Positions 10,426 through 19,117 of a stretch of 64,000 nucleotides of DNA are shown here, piece by piece. The notes beneath the pieces are model-generated. The model worked only from the letters and a program-made list of their open reading frames with translations, was not told the origin of the DNA and searched no databases. The translations under genes and the position numbers were made by a program. The stretch's first letter is position 1; every line of letters begins with the position of its first letter. Origin of the DNA: a virus. The stretch lies in the IMG/VR virus record IMGVR_UViG_3300027736_000021; one strand, written 5' to 3'.

Positions 10426-11129
10426 AGATTGCTCTTTGTTTATCAGGACAAGCTCGTAGCGTAAAACAAGGTTATGAGTTTGTTAAAAGAAACATACTAG
10501 ACGGTAATGATGTTACCGTTTTTTGTCATGTGTGGGAATCACCTGAAGTTGCAGATATTGAAATCTATAAACCTGAAGCATTTATGATTGAGAAGTCATT
10601 GACAAATGACCTATCAAAATACACCAGAGTTCCGCCACCACAACCAAATTGGAAAGTAAAAGACCCAGCTAGGTCAACTTATAACCAATTGTATGGCATT
10701 ATGAAATGTAATGAATTAAAAACGGTCTATGAAGAATCCAATAACATGAAATTTGATTGGGTAATTCGTTCTCGTTTTGATTTTGCCATTAATGCTAGAA
10801 TACCTTTTGCAGATTTAGATAATACAAAACTTCATATACCTAATTGTCGTATGACACCTCAAAGAGATTTCGGTAATGACCAATTTGCATTTTCATCTTC
10901 AGAAAATATGGACAAGTATGCAGACACTTTTAACCGTATTGATGAATTTTATGATGAAGATGGTGTGCAAATGATGTGTGAAGATATGATGAGTGAAAAC
11001 TGGAAAGCAAATAATTTAGTTGGAGAAAATTTGATATATTGTAATCTTGACCATCCATTTCCACCAGGCCAATATAACGGAACATGGCACAGTTTGATTC
11101 GTGAGGACTTTGAACAATGGCTTCGTTAG
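10422..11129 (+). CDS. Glycosyltransferase-like protein
   Basis: KIALCLSGQAR, FDWVIRSRFD, NDQFAF motifs typical of glycan-cluster proteins. Confidence 0.55.
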   Translation: MKIALCLSGQARSVKQGYEFVKRNILDGNDVTVFCHVWESPEVADIEIYKPEAFMIEKSLTNDLSKYTRVPPPQPNWKVKDPARSTYNQLYGIMKCNELKTVYEESNNMKFDWVIRSRFDFAINARIPFADLDNTKLHIPNCRMTPQRDFGNDQFAFSSSENMDKYADTFNRIDEFYDEDGVQMMCEDMMSENWKANNLVGENLIYCNLDHPFPPGQYNGTWHSLIREDFEQWLR

Positions 11130-11833
11130 TATTATGCATGGCTGGGTTAAACACCAGATTCCATGATGTTGGCTTTGACATACCAAAGTATCTGTTGCCT
11201 TGGGGTGATGAAACAATTATCCATGAAATCATTAAGCAACTTGGTACTTTTGATGAAACTATTCTTCTGGCGAATAAAAGAGATTCTTATTTTAAGACCA
11301 AGTTAGTTGATACAATTAAACCACTAGGTCTAACAGAGAATAATATTCAATACATTGGTGATACTGATGGTCAGGCACACACAGCATACATTGGTGCTTC
11401 ACTACTAAAGAATCAAACCAAACCATTCTTTGTTCACAATGCTGATACACTTTTAATTGGCAGAGATTTTGATAAGATTGAAAGTTTGATGGCTGATGGT
11501 TACATTGATGTGTTTGTTGCCAATAATCCAAAGTATTCTTATGTTCGTTCAAAAGATGGACTTGTAACAGAGATTGTAGAGAAATCTCCTATCTCTCCAT
11601 TTGCCAGTTCTGGTCTATATGGGTTTCAAAGCTCACAATTATACCAACAGATGTATGAGAGTTTATCTGCCACATTTGTTGGTAAGGAAATGTATATTGC
11701 AAATCTATTTACACATATGATTGAGAAGAATTGTTCTATTGGCTTGAATGGATTAAATAACAACTATGAAACTATTGTTCTTGGTTCACCACAAGAATAT
11801 GGTCTTGAACTAGCAAAGAAAAGTTTAAAATGA
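11117..11833 (+). CDS. Sugar/cyclitol-phosphate nucleotidyltransferase (GT-A NTP transferase)
   Basis: MAGLNTRF..IPKYLL, TDGQAHT, HNADT, EIVEK, SGLYGF, LGSPQE. Confidence 0.8.
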   Translation: MASLVLCMAGLNTRFHDVGFDIPKYLLPWGDETIIHEIIKQLGTFDETILLANKRDSYFKTKLVDTIKPLGLTENNIQYIGDTDGQAHTAYIGASLLKNQTKPFFVHNADTLLIGRDFDKIESLMADGYIDVFVANNPKYSYVRSKDGLVTEIVEKSPISPFASSGLYGFQSSQLYQQMYESLSATFVGKEMYIANLFTHMIEKNCSIGLNGLNNNYETIVLGSPQEYGLELAKKSLK

Positions 11834-12783
11834 AAGTTACACAATTAAAAGGCGGTTCTCTTAGTTCTACATCATTATATGAAGATGGTGATAGGAAGTT
11901 TATTCGCAAATCAATTAGCACAAAAGACAATCGTGAATATGGTTATGTTCGTTGGTATACACAGTTAAAGAAACTACAACGATTGGCTGAAACTGGTTTG
12001 TTTCCAAAAATATTAGATGTGAATTATTCAAATAACTCAGCCTATTTTGATATCGCTTATTTGGAAGGTTACAGAGATATTAAAACCATTTTATCAGAAG
12101 ATAAATTAACTGAAAATCAAATTGAAAGAATACATGATGCGATGATGTGGTCGTTTGATAACTTACACCGCAAAATGTATATACCAAATCCTGGTGGTCC
12201 CAAATTATATTTTAAAGAAGAAGTTACACAAAAACTTTCAGATGCTTTTAAGTATCCAACTTTCTATAATTTTTATGAACTTGGAACATTCAATACTTTT
12301 GAATACAATGGTCAAATAACACATGGCATTCAAAACTTTTTACCTGAGTTGAAGAACTTCTTTGATGAAATGGAATTGGTTACAGAAGAAAATATTCATG
12401 GTAATCCAACATTAGAAAATATGATGTATTCTTTTGAAGAAGATAAAGTCATATTCATTGACCCGTATGAAGAAAGCATTATAGATAGTAGGCTATTAGA
12501 TTATTCACAGGTGCTTCAATGTTCTCGTAGTCATTATGGCTTTATAAATGATAGGTTTGTTATCATAGAAGGTTCATCTGTATCACATAACTTAGAAATA
12601 CCAAATAATCTAAAAGTATTTAATAAAATCTTTGAATCACACCTTGAACATAAACAAATCATTGATGTATTAGAGGCAACTCAATTCATTCGTATGTTGC
12701 CATTTAAGTGTGCAGCTGGTGATTTTGAAAAGGCAAAATTCTTTTATGTTCATGCTTGCCACTTGTTAAGTAAGATATTCTAA
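11830..12783 (+). CDS. APH/choline-kinase-like phosphotransferase
   Basis: LKGGSLS N-terminus, FIRK, IHGNPTLENM (HGD-type loop with Asn), IFIDP. Confidence 0.7.
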   Translation: MKVTQLKGGSLSSTSLYEDGDRKFIRKSISTKDNREYGYVRWYTQLKKLQRLAETGLFPKILDVNYSNNSAYFDIAYLEGYRDIKTILSEDKLTENQIERIHDAMMWSFDNLHRKMYIPNPGGPKLYFKEEVTQKLSDAFKYPTFYNFYELGTFNTFEYNGQITHGIQNFLPELKNFFDEMELVTEENIHGNPTLENMMYSFEEDKVIFIDPYEESIIDSRLLDYSQVLQCSRSHYGFINDRFVIIEGSSVSHNLEIPNNLKVFNKIFESHLEHKQIIDVLEATQFIRMLPFKCAAGDFEKAKFFYVHACHLLSKIF

Positions 12784-13925
12784 TGGAAAATGTATTAACA
12801 AAATTTGATAATTATAAACGCACTTGGTCAGTTAAAGCTGAACTGCCGGTTGAATTTGTCTTAAAGTATTCTAGTGATGTATTTAATATTAACAATCACG
12901 ACCTGTTAAGTTTTGGTGAGTCCAATCGTAGAGTGGTTGTCATAGACCAGACTGTATATAAACTGTATGGTCAACAATTACAAGATTACTTCAACACATT
13001 CAAAATAGAATTAAAACTATTTGTTATTGATGCCACAGAACAAAACAAAGATTGGGAACACACAGACCAGATTTTAAGGTTCTTTGAAGATGTTGGTGTA
13101 TTGCGTAGAGAAGCAATCATTGTAATTGGTGGTGGTGTTCTGCTTGATTTGGTTGGATTCTGTTGTTCAATCTATCGCAGAGGCATTCCTTATGTTAAAG
13201 TTCCAACTACATTGTTGGCTATCGTAGATGCTTCTGTTGGTGTTAAAGTTGCAGCTAATCACTTTGGCCGCAGAAATCGTATTGGTGCATATTACCCACC
13301 AATTGCCACATTACTAGACAAGAAGTTTATTGCTACACAAGATGAAAGAAACATTGTCAATGGCATTGCAGAGATATTTAAACTTGCAGTAATCAAAGAC
13401 AAAGAATTATTTGAGTTACTTGAAGCAAGTGCAGAACAACTAATCACCGAGAAGTTTCAGTTTGGTGCAGTACCAGTTCGTGTAATCAATTCTGCCATTA
13501 CGGGCATGATTGAAGAATTGGCACCAAATTTATGGGAAAGAAAACTAGACCGATGTGTTGACTTTGGCCATTCGTTTAGTCCTATTATTGAAATGCAAAA
13601 TATGGACACACTACAACATGGCGAAGCAGTTGTATTAGATTGCTTGTTGAGTTCTTGTTTGGCTAATGTTCGTGGTTACATTGATACTGAAACACTAGAA
13701 AGAATCTTTAAGACAGCACACAGTTTAAAATTGCCTGTATTCCATAAAGATTTTTGTAAATTTGACTTGCTTAAAAAGTCTTTATCTGATACAATGAAGC
13801 ATAGAAACAGTAATCAATACTTACCTGTGCCAGTCGGCATTGGCAACTATAAAATATTAAATGATGTAACAGATGATGAGATAAAGAAAGCTTCAGATAT
13901 ATTTGAAGAAGTTAAATATGAATAA
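12783..13925 (+). CDS. Sedoheptulose 7-phosphate cyclase, 2-epi-5-epi-valiolone synthase (EEVS) type
   Basis: GGGVLLDLVG, YRRGIP, PTTLLAIVDASVG, RNRIG, AEIFK, MIEELAPNLWE, RCVDFGHSFSP, LQHGEAV. Confidence 0.85.
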   Translation: MENVLTKFDNYKRTWSVKAELPVEFVLKYSSDVFNINNHDLLSFGESNRRVVVIDQTVYKLYGQQLQDYFNTFKIELKLFVIDATEQNKDWEHTDQILRFFEDVGVLRREAIIVIGGGVLLDLVGFCCSIYRRGIPYVKVPTTLLAIVDASVGVKVAANHFGRRNRIGAYYPPIATLLDKKFIATQDERNIVNGIAEIFKLAVIKDKELFELLEASAEQLITEKFQFGAVPVRVINSAITGMIEELAPNLWERKLDRCVDFGHSFSPIIEMQNMDTLQHGEAVVLDCLLSSCLANVRGYIDTETLERIFKTAHSLKLPVFHKDFCKFDLLKKSLSDTMKHRNSNQYLPVPVGIGNYKILNDVTDDEIKKASDIFEEVKYE

Positions 13926-14589
13926 GACAATTCTAATTACTGGCACCACAAGTGGTGTTGGTGCAAAAATCGCATATGATTACATTGAGAAAGGTTGGAA
14001 TGTAATTGGTTTTGCTCGTGGTGAATCTATATTTCAATTTCCAAACTACAAACATTTTCAAGTTGATGTTACTAGCTGTTATGAGATGTATGATATATTT
14101 GAACAGATTGGTAATATTGACATTCTAGTTAATAATGCAGCTGTCTTTAAGATGAAATCATTTTCAGACACCACTTTAGATGAGATTGATGATATGATTG
14201 ATATCAATCTTAAAGGTGCCATGTATGTAACTAAGTTTGCATTACAGAAAATGGAAAAAGGCAGTCGTATATTCTTTATCAATTCAGTTGCAGGCCTTGA
14301 AGAACTAGAAAACCAATCCGCATATTGTGCCTCTAAACATGGTCTTACAGGATTTGCTGGTGTTCTTGGTGAAGAATTGCGTAGCAGAGGAATCAAAGTA
14401 ACAAGTATTCATCCAGGCGGTATTGATACACCATTGTGGAGTAGAGATATACCTTACCCATGCGGTGATGTAAGTAAGGCAATCTCACCAATAGAACTTG
14501 TAAAAGTTATTGATTTCGTGTATAATAGCCAATTCAATATTGAATATAAAACTATTAAAATGTTTCCTGATACCGAATGGCACAAATGA
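13918..14589 (+). CDS. Short-chain dehydrogenase/reductase
   Basis: TGTTSGVG, LVNNAA, S...YCASK, HPGGIDT. Confidence 0.92.
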   Translation: MNKTILITGTTSGVGAKIAYDYIEKGWNVIGFARGESIFQFPNYKHFQVDVTSCYEMYDIFEQIGNIDILVNNAAVFKMKSFSDTTLDEIDDMIDINLKGAMYVTKFALQKMEKGSRIFFINSVAGLEELENQSAYCASKHGLTGFAGVLGEELRSRGIKVTSIHPGGIDTPLWSRDIPYPCGDVSKAISPIELVKVIDFVYNSQFNIEYKTIKMFPDTEWHK

Positions 14590-15299
14590 TTATACCTAGT
14601 ACCGATTTGTTTATTGTAACCTCTGCTCTTAAAACGAGCATTGGTGTTATTGATGATGAAACAAGAACAAGGCAAACAATTGAAGGTCTGCAATCATTAC
14701 GCAAGGCTGCACCTGATGCTATTATCTTCTTAGTAGATGCTTCTTCTAGGATGGTTGATGAAGCAACAATGGTTACAGTAACACAATATTGTGATAGAAG
14801 TATTAGTTTTTTTGGTGATGAAGATTTAATGTCACTCGCAAATGCAGGCCTTAAATCACAAGCAGAAATTACTCTATTGTTTAAGACATTAAGTATTATT
14901 AAACAACATCCTGAATTACAGAAGATGATGGCTGGTGTTCGTAGGGTGTTTAAGTTATCTGCTAGAACCAATATGCTTGAAGGTTATGACCCTAAGGCAT
15001 ATGATAATCAATATGGTAAGTATGTGTTCAAGAAAGCAATGCCATCTTGGTTACCACCACAGAAACAATTGGAATCTGGTTGTGACCACTTATACATAAC
15101 TAGAATGTATTCATTCTGTATATCATTGTTTGATAATTATCTGAATACTTTACCAGCAATTTATCAAACAATAAATCAACATGGCGTTGACACAGAACAC
15201 GCACACTATGGTAATATTGATAAAGGTTTTTCAGTAGAATTTGAAAAGTTATATTGCCAAGGAGTATTGGCTGGAAATGGACAATTGGAAGCATATTAA
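14577..15299 (+). CDS. Hypothetical glycan-cluster protein (GT-like)
   Basis: FIVTSA, RTRQTIEG, VFKLSAR motifs; inside the sugar operon. Confidence 0.45.
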   Translation: MAQMIIPSTDLFIVTSALKTSIGVIDDETRTRQTIEGLQSLRKAAPDAIIFLVDASSRMVDEATMVTVTQYCDRSISFFGDEDLMSLANAGLKSQAEITLLFKTLSIIKQHPELQKMMAGVRRVFKLSARTNMLEGYDPKAYDNQYGKYVFKKAMPSWLPPQKQLESGCDHLYITRMYSFCISLFDNYLNTLPAIYQTINQHGVDTEHAHYGNIDKGFSVEFEKLYCQGVLAGNGQLEAY

Positions 15300-16582
15300 T
15301 GATTGATGATAAATTAATTGAAGAAATAGCCAAACAGGCTAAACCAAAGTATCAACAAGACTATTCTAACTTCAAACCTGGCGAAGATTATGTAATGTAT
15401 TCTGGCCAAATGTGGGACGAAAAAGAGTTTGCTGCTGGTCTAAAATCGTTTCTAACAGGTAAATGGTTACCAGCAGGTGAAAGAGTTGAGCAATTTCAAA
15501 TTAAGTTCTCAAAGAAATACAATGTAAAACAATCTCACATGGTTAATTCTGGTTCATCTGCCAATTTGGTGATGATGGCTGCTGTTAAGAAACATTTAAA
15601 TTGGCAAGATGGTGATGAAGTCATTGTATCACCAGTTGGATTTCCAACTACAATTGCACCACTCATGCAAAACAATCTTAAACCAGTATTCATTGATATT
15701 GAGTTTGATACATTGAACTTTGATGTGAATAAGATTGAAGAAAAGATTACAAAAAAGACCAAAGCAATTATTGTTTCTCCTGTATTGGCCAATCCGCCTG
15801 ACATGGATATAATCCATGATATTTGTTACAGAAATAACCTTGTATTGATTGGTGATAATTGTGATTCACTAGGCACCAAATGGGATGGAAAGTTGATTAC
15901 TGATTTATATTACTGCTGGTCAACATCATTCTATCCTGCACACCATATGTCAACAGGTGAAGGCGGTATGATTTCATCTAATGATGAAAAGTTAATTGAT
16001 ACTGCTCGTTCTATTTCTTGGTGGGGTCGTGATTGTTATTGTGTTGGTTCAAACAATATGTTACCATGTGGAACTTGTGGTAATAGATTTGATAAGTGGT
16101 TGCCAGATTATGATGGCATTATTGACCACAAATATATTTTTGCTTATGCAGGTTACAACCTGAAGCCTCTTGATATGCAAGGTGCCATTGGTATAGCACA
16201 ATTAGAAAAGGTTGATTACATTCACGAGAAAAGAAAAGAACATAAAGAACGGCTAACCAAACTATTGCTTAAATATTTGAATGTTCGTGTTGCTGACAAA
16301 CTAGATAAATCTGAACCATCATGGTTTGGTGTGCCAATTATTTGTGAAACACAAAAACAAAAAGAAGCTTTAGTTGCACACTTTGAAGCCAATAAGATTC
16401 AAACACGAAACTATTTTGCTGGTAATATTCTATTGCATCCAGGCTTTAAACACTTAGATGATGCGAGTAAATATCCATTGGCAAACAAAGCGTTATCTCA
16501 TGTATTTTTGTTAGGTTGTCCTCCATTTTGGAATGATGCAGTATTTGATTATATTGAAAAGGTGATTAAAAATGTTACTTAA
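15299..16582 (+). CDS. rfbH: CDP-4-keto-6-deoxyglucose 3-dehydrase (E1, RfbH/DdhC; DegT family)
   Basis: NSGSSAN, FYPAHHMSTGEGG (His instead of Schiff-base Lys), WGRDCYC...CG [2Fe-2S] ligands. Confidence 0.85.
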   Translation: MIDDKLIEEIAKQAKPKYQQDYSNFKPGEDYVMYSGQMWDEKEFAAGLKSFLTGKWLPAGERVEQFQIKFSKKYNVKQSHMVNSGSSANLVMMAAVKKHLNWQDGDEVIVSPVGFPTTIAPLMQNNLKPVFIDIEFDTLNFDVNKIEEKITKKTKAIIVSPVLANPPDMDIIHDICYRNNLVLIGDNCDSLGTKWDGKLITDLYYCWSTSFYPAHHMSTGEGGMISSNDEKLIDTARSISWWGRDCYCVGSNNMLPCGTCGNRFDKWLPDYDGIIDHKYIFAYAGYNLKPLDMQGAIGIAQLEKVDYIHEKRKEHKERLTKLLLKYLNVRVADKLDKSEPSWFGVPIICETQKQKEALVAHFEANKIQTRNYFAGNILLHPGFKHLDDASKYPLANKALSHVFLLGCPPFWNDAVFDYIEKVIKNVT

Positions 16583-16763
16583 AAATGTAAATGATTGTAA
16601 TTTAATTGTTGAAACACAATCGACTAGAAACCCATCTGATTTAACTAAAATTACATTTAGACGAGAAATTTTAGATTCAAAAACCAAAAAAGTAATTAGT
16701 TACAATAATTTTGATATGCATCTTACAAATGATGAAATCCAAAGGTTAAAACAAGCACTATGA
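16572..16763 (+). CDS. Small hypothetical protein
   Basis: Overlap-coupled to both neighbours. Confidence 0.5.
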   Translation: MLLKNVNDCNLIVETQSTRNPSDLTKITFRREILDSKTKKVISYNNFDMHLTNDEIQRLKQAL

Positions 16764-17575
16764 AAATTCAAGTATTTGGTGGCTCAGGCTTCGTTGGTTC
16801 TGAATTTACTAGACAGAATCCTGGTTGTATAGTAAATGCTCGTAATGATTATGAAATAAAAAGCCAAGATATTCTTTACATGATTTCTACTGTAACAAAT
16901 TACAATGTAAAGACTGACCCTTTTATTGACATTGATACAAATCTTACTATATTGATGAAAGTTTTACGACAATGTAAAAGTTCACCCGTAACATTTAACT
17001 TTATCAGTTCATGGTTTGTTTATGGTGAAACAGAGATGCCTGCAACCGAAGAATCAAATTGTTATCCAAATGGATTCTATTCTATTACTAAACGATGTGC
17101 AGAGCAATTACTAATCTCTTATTGTGAAACATTTGGTATCAAGTATCGTATTCTCCGTCTTGCTAATGTTGCAGGTTATGGCGATAAAAAGGCATCACCA
17201 CAAAAGAACGCACTTCAACATATGATTAATGAATTGAAGGCAGGCCGTGATGTGAATGTCTATGATGGCGGCAATCTTTACCGAGATTATATTCATGTGA
17301 ATGATGCCGCTAGAGCAATTAAACTCATCATGGAAAAAGGCGAAGTTAATACTACCTACAATGTGGGTAATGGGCAACCATTGTTATTCAAGGATATGAT
17401 TGAGTATGCCAAAGAATTAATTGGTGGGGAAGGCAAATTAGTGCCGATTGAAATTCCTGACTTCCATCGCACGGTACAAGTTCGTAGTATGTGGATGCTA
17501 TCTGATAAATTAAAATCATTAGGATACACTCCAAACTATGATATGAAGGCTATTATTGAGGACATGGTTAAATGA
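16760..17575 (+). CDS. NAD-dependent epimerase/dehydratase/reductase (extended SDR)
   Basis: FGGSGFVG, SSWFVYG, YSITK, RDYIHVND. Confidence 0.9.
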   Translation: MKIQVFGGSGFVGSEFTRQNPGCIVNARNDYEIKSQDILYMISTVTNYNVKTDPFIDIDTNLTILMKVLRQCKSSPVTFNFISSWFVYGETEMPATEESNCYPNGFYSITKRCAEQLLISYCETFGIKYRILRLANVAGYGDKKASPQKNALQHMINELKAGRDVNVYDGGNLYRDYIHVNDAARAIKLIMEKGEVNTTYNVGNGQPLLFKDMIEYAKELIGGEGKLVPIEIPDFHRTVQVRSMWMLSDKLKSLGYTPNYDMKAIIEDMVK

Positions 17576-18294
17576 ATTTAATTTTGTATCAGGCATACTA
17601 TGATAACAGTCAGTTGCCTATTTTAGACTCTACATTTACCCCGTATGATAATACAGAAAATGCCAAACCAGAATTGCGGGAATATCCCATGTGGAAAAAT
17701 CTATTAGAAAAACACAAAGATACCGATGTATATTGGGGTCTTTTATCGTGGCGTTGGATGCAAAAGACAGAGTTGCCTTCTTCTGAGTTTCGTGATTGGA
17801 TTTTGGCCAATCCTGATTACGATGTGTATCACATGGATCCAAGTTTAGAAGTTACAGCAAACTATATTAATCTTTGGGTGCAAGGTGACCAATGGCATCC
17901 CGGTATGCTGAAGTTTGCAAATCGTTTATTTCCAAAAATTGGTATCACCGAGAAGGCTGAAGAATTAGTTTATAAGTCTGATGATTTTGCTACTTGCAAT
18001 TATTATATTGGCAACTCAAAGTTTTGGACAGAATGGTTAACATTCCTTGATAACACATTAGAGATTTGTCGTGGAGATGGAGAACTATATAATTACCTCT
18101 ATCGTGATGGTAAAGGATATAACGGCTCATGGATCCCATTCTTTTCATTTGTAACGGAAAGATTGTTATCTATTTTCTTAATTCAAAATAGGCACATAAA
18201 AGTTAAGAAGTTTCCCATTGAACACTCATGTTATGCAAAACGATTTGGCTCACAATTTCACCAGTTTGTAGAAGAATATAATAAAAAGAAATGA
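17572..18294 (+). CDS. Hypothetical glycan-cluster protein (GT-like)
   Basis: PYDN..PELRE, WGLLSWR, FVTERL motifs. Confidence 0.45.
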   Translation: MNLILYQAYYDNSQLPILDSTFTPYDNTENAKPELREYPMWKNLLEKHKDTDVYWGLLSWRWMQKTELPSSEFRDWILANPDYDVYHMDPSLEVTANYINLWVQGDQWHPGMLKFANRLFPKIGITEKAEELVYKSDDFATCNYYIGNSKFWTEWLTFLDNTLEICRGDGELYNYLYRDGKGYNGSWIPFFSFVTERLLSIFLIQNRHIKVKKFPIEHSCYAKRFGSQFHQFVEEYNKKK

Positions 18295-19070
18295 TTAATC
18301 AATTTGATTACGAAAAACTCAATAAAGAGTATAATGAAGGCAAACCCTTTCGCCATGTAGTAATTGACAATTTCTTTGACGATGAAACAGCATTGAAATT
18401 ATCTTCTGAATTTCCTGACTTTAATGACCCAAACATTTGGTCTGTATATAAGAATCCCATTGAAAACAAAAAACTGACACCTAATTGGGACTTGTTTCCT
18501 AAAGAAACATACAAGGCCTTTTCTTTGATGAATACACCAGAGTTTGTGGATAAAGTCCGTAAAATTACTGGTATTGATAATTTAGAAGCAGATTATGGAC
18601 TACATGGTGGTGGATGGCACATGACTGCTCGTGGTGGTAAATTGAATATGCACAAAGATTATTCAATTCATCCAAAACTTGGTAAAGAAAGACGATTAAA
18701 TATCATTATCTACATGACACCAGATTGGCAAGAAGAATGGAATGGTGGTTTAGAATTCTGGTCACACGATGAAGAAAAGAATCTACCAAAAGAATGTGTA
18801 ACCAAATTATACAATAAGTTTAATCGTGCGGTTCTATTTGATACCGCAGACAATTCGTGGCATGGACTACCAACAGAACTCCAATGTCCAGATGGTGTGT
18901 ATCGTAAGTCATTGAATATCTACTATCTTTCAGAAGCTCGTGAACAAGCAGAAAAACACGATAGAGCCATGTTTGCACCTTATGGAGAGCAGGCAAACAA
19001 TCAAGAAATACTAGATTTGATTAAGAAAAGGTCTAGTTCCAAAACATCCTCAGAAGCATACAGAACATAA
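18291..19070 (+). CDS. 2OG-Fe(II) oxygenase (prolyl-hydroxylase-like)
   Basis: PFRHVVIDNF, HKD (HxD), GGLEFW, SWHG, RKSL. Confidence 0.9.
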   Translation: MINQFDYEKLNKEYNEGKPFRHVVIDNFFDDETALKLSSEFPDFNDPNIWSVYKNPIENKKLTPNWDLFPKETYKAFSLMNTPEFVDKVRKITGIDNLEADYGLHGGGWHMTARGGKLNMHKDYSIHPKLGKERRLNIIIYMTPDWQEEWNGGLEFWSHDEEKNLPKECVTKLYNKFNRAVLFDTADNSWHGLPTELQCPDGVYRKSLNIYYLSEAREQAEKHDRAMFAPYGEQANNQEILDLIKKRSSSKTSSEAYRT

Positions 19071-19074
19071 ATTG

Positions 19075-19082
19075 TATAAATA
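19075..19082 (+). promoter_or_regulatory. T4 late promoter
   Basis: Perfect TATAAATA in the intergenic gap before 19118. Confidence 0.75.
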
Positions 19083-19117
19083 GACTATAATCATAATTAA
19101 ACGCTGTAGAGGCGGAG

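Noticed and set aside
12783-13925. 3-dehydroquinate synthase (aroB), or mycosporine/gadusol sunscreen pathway
   Set aside because: RCVDFGH and MIEEL.PNLWE fit EEVS rather than AroB or DDGS; no O-methyltransferase, ATP-grasp or MT-Ox gene in the window
15299-16582. Aminotransferase making an aminocyclitol
   Set aside because: His replaces the Schiff-base Lys and Fe-S cysteines are present, which indicates E1 dehydrase
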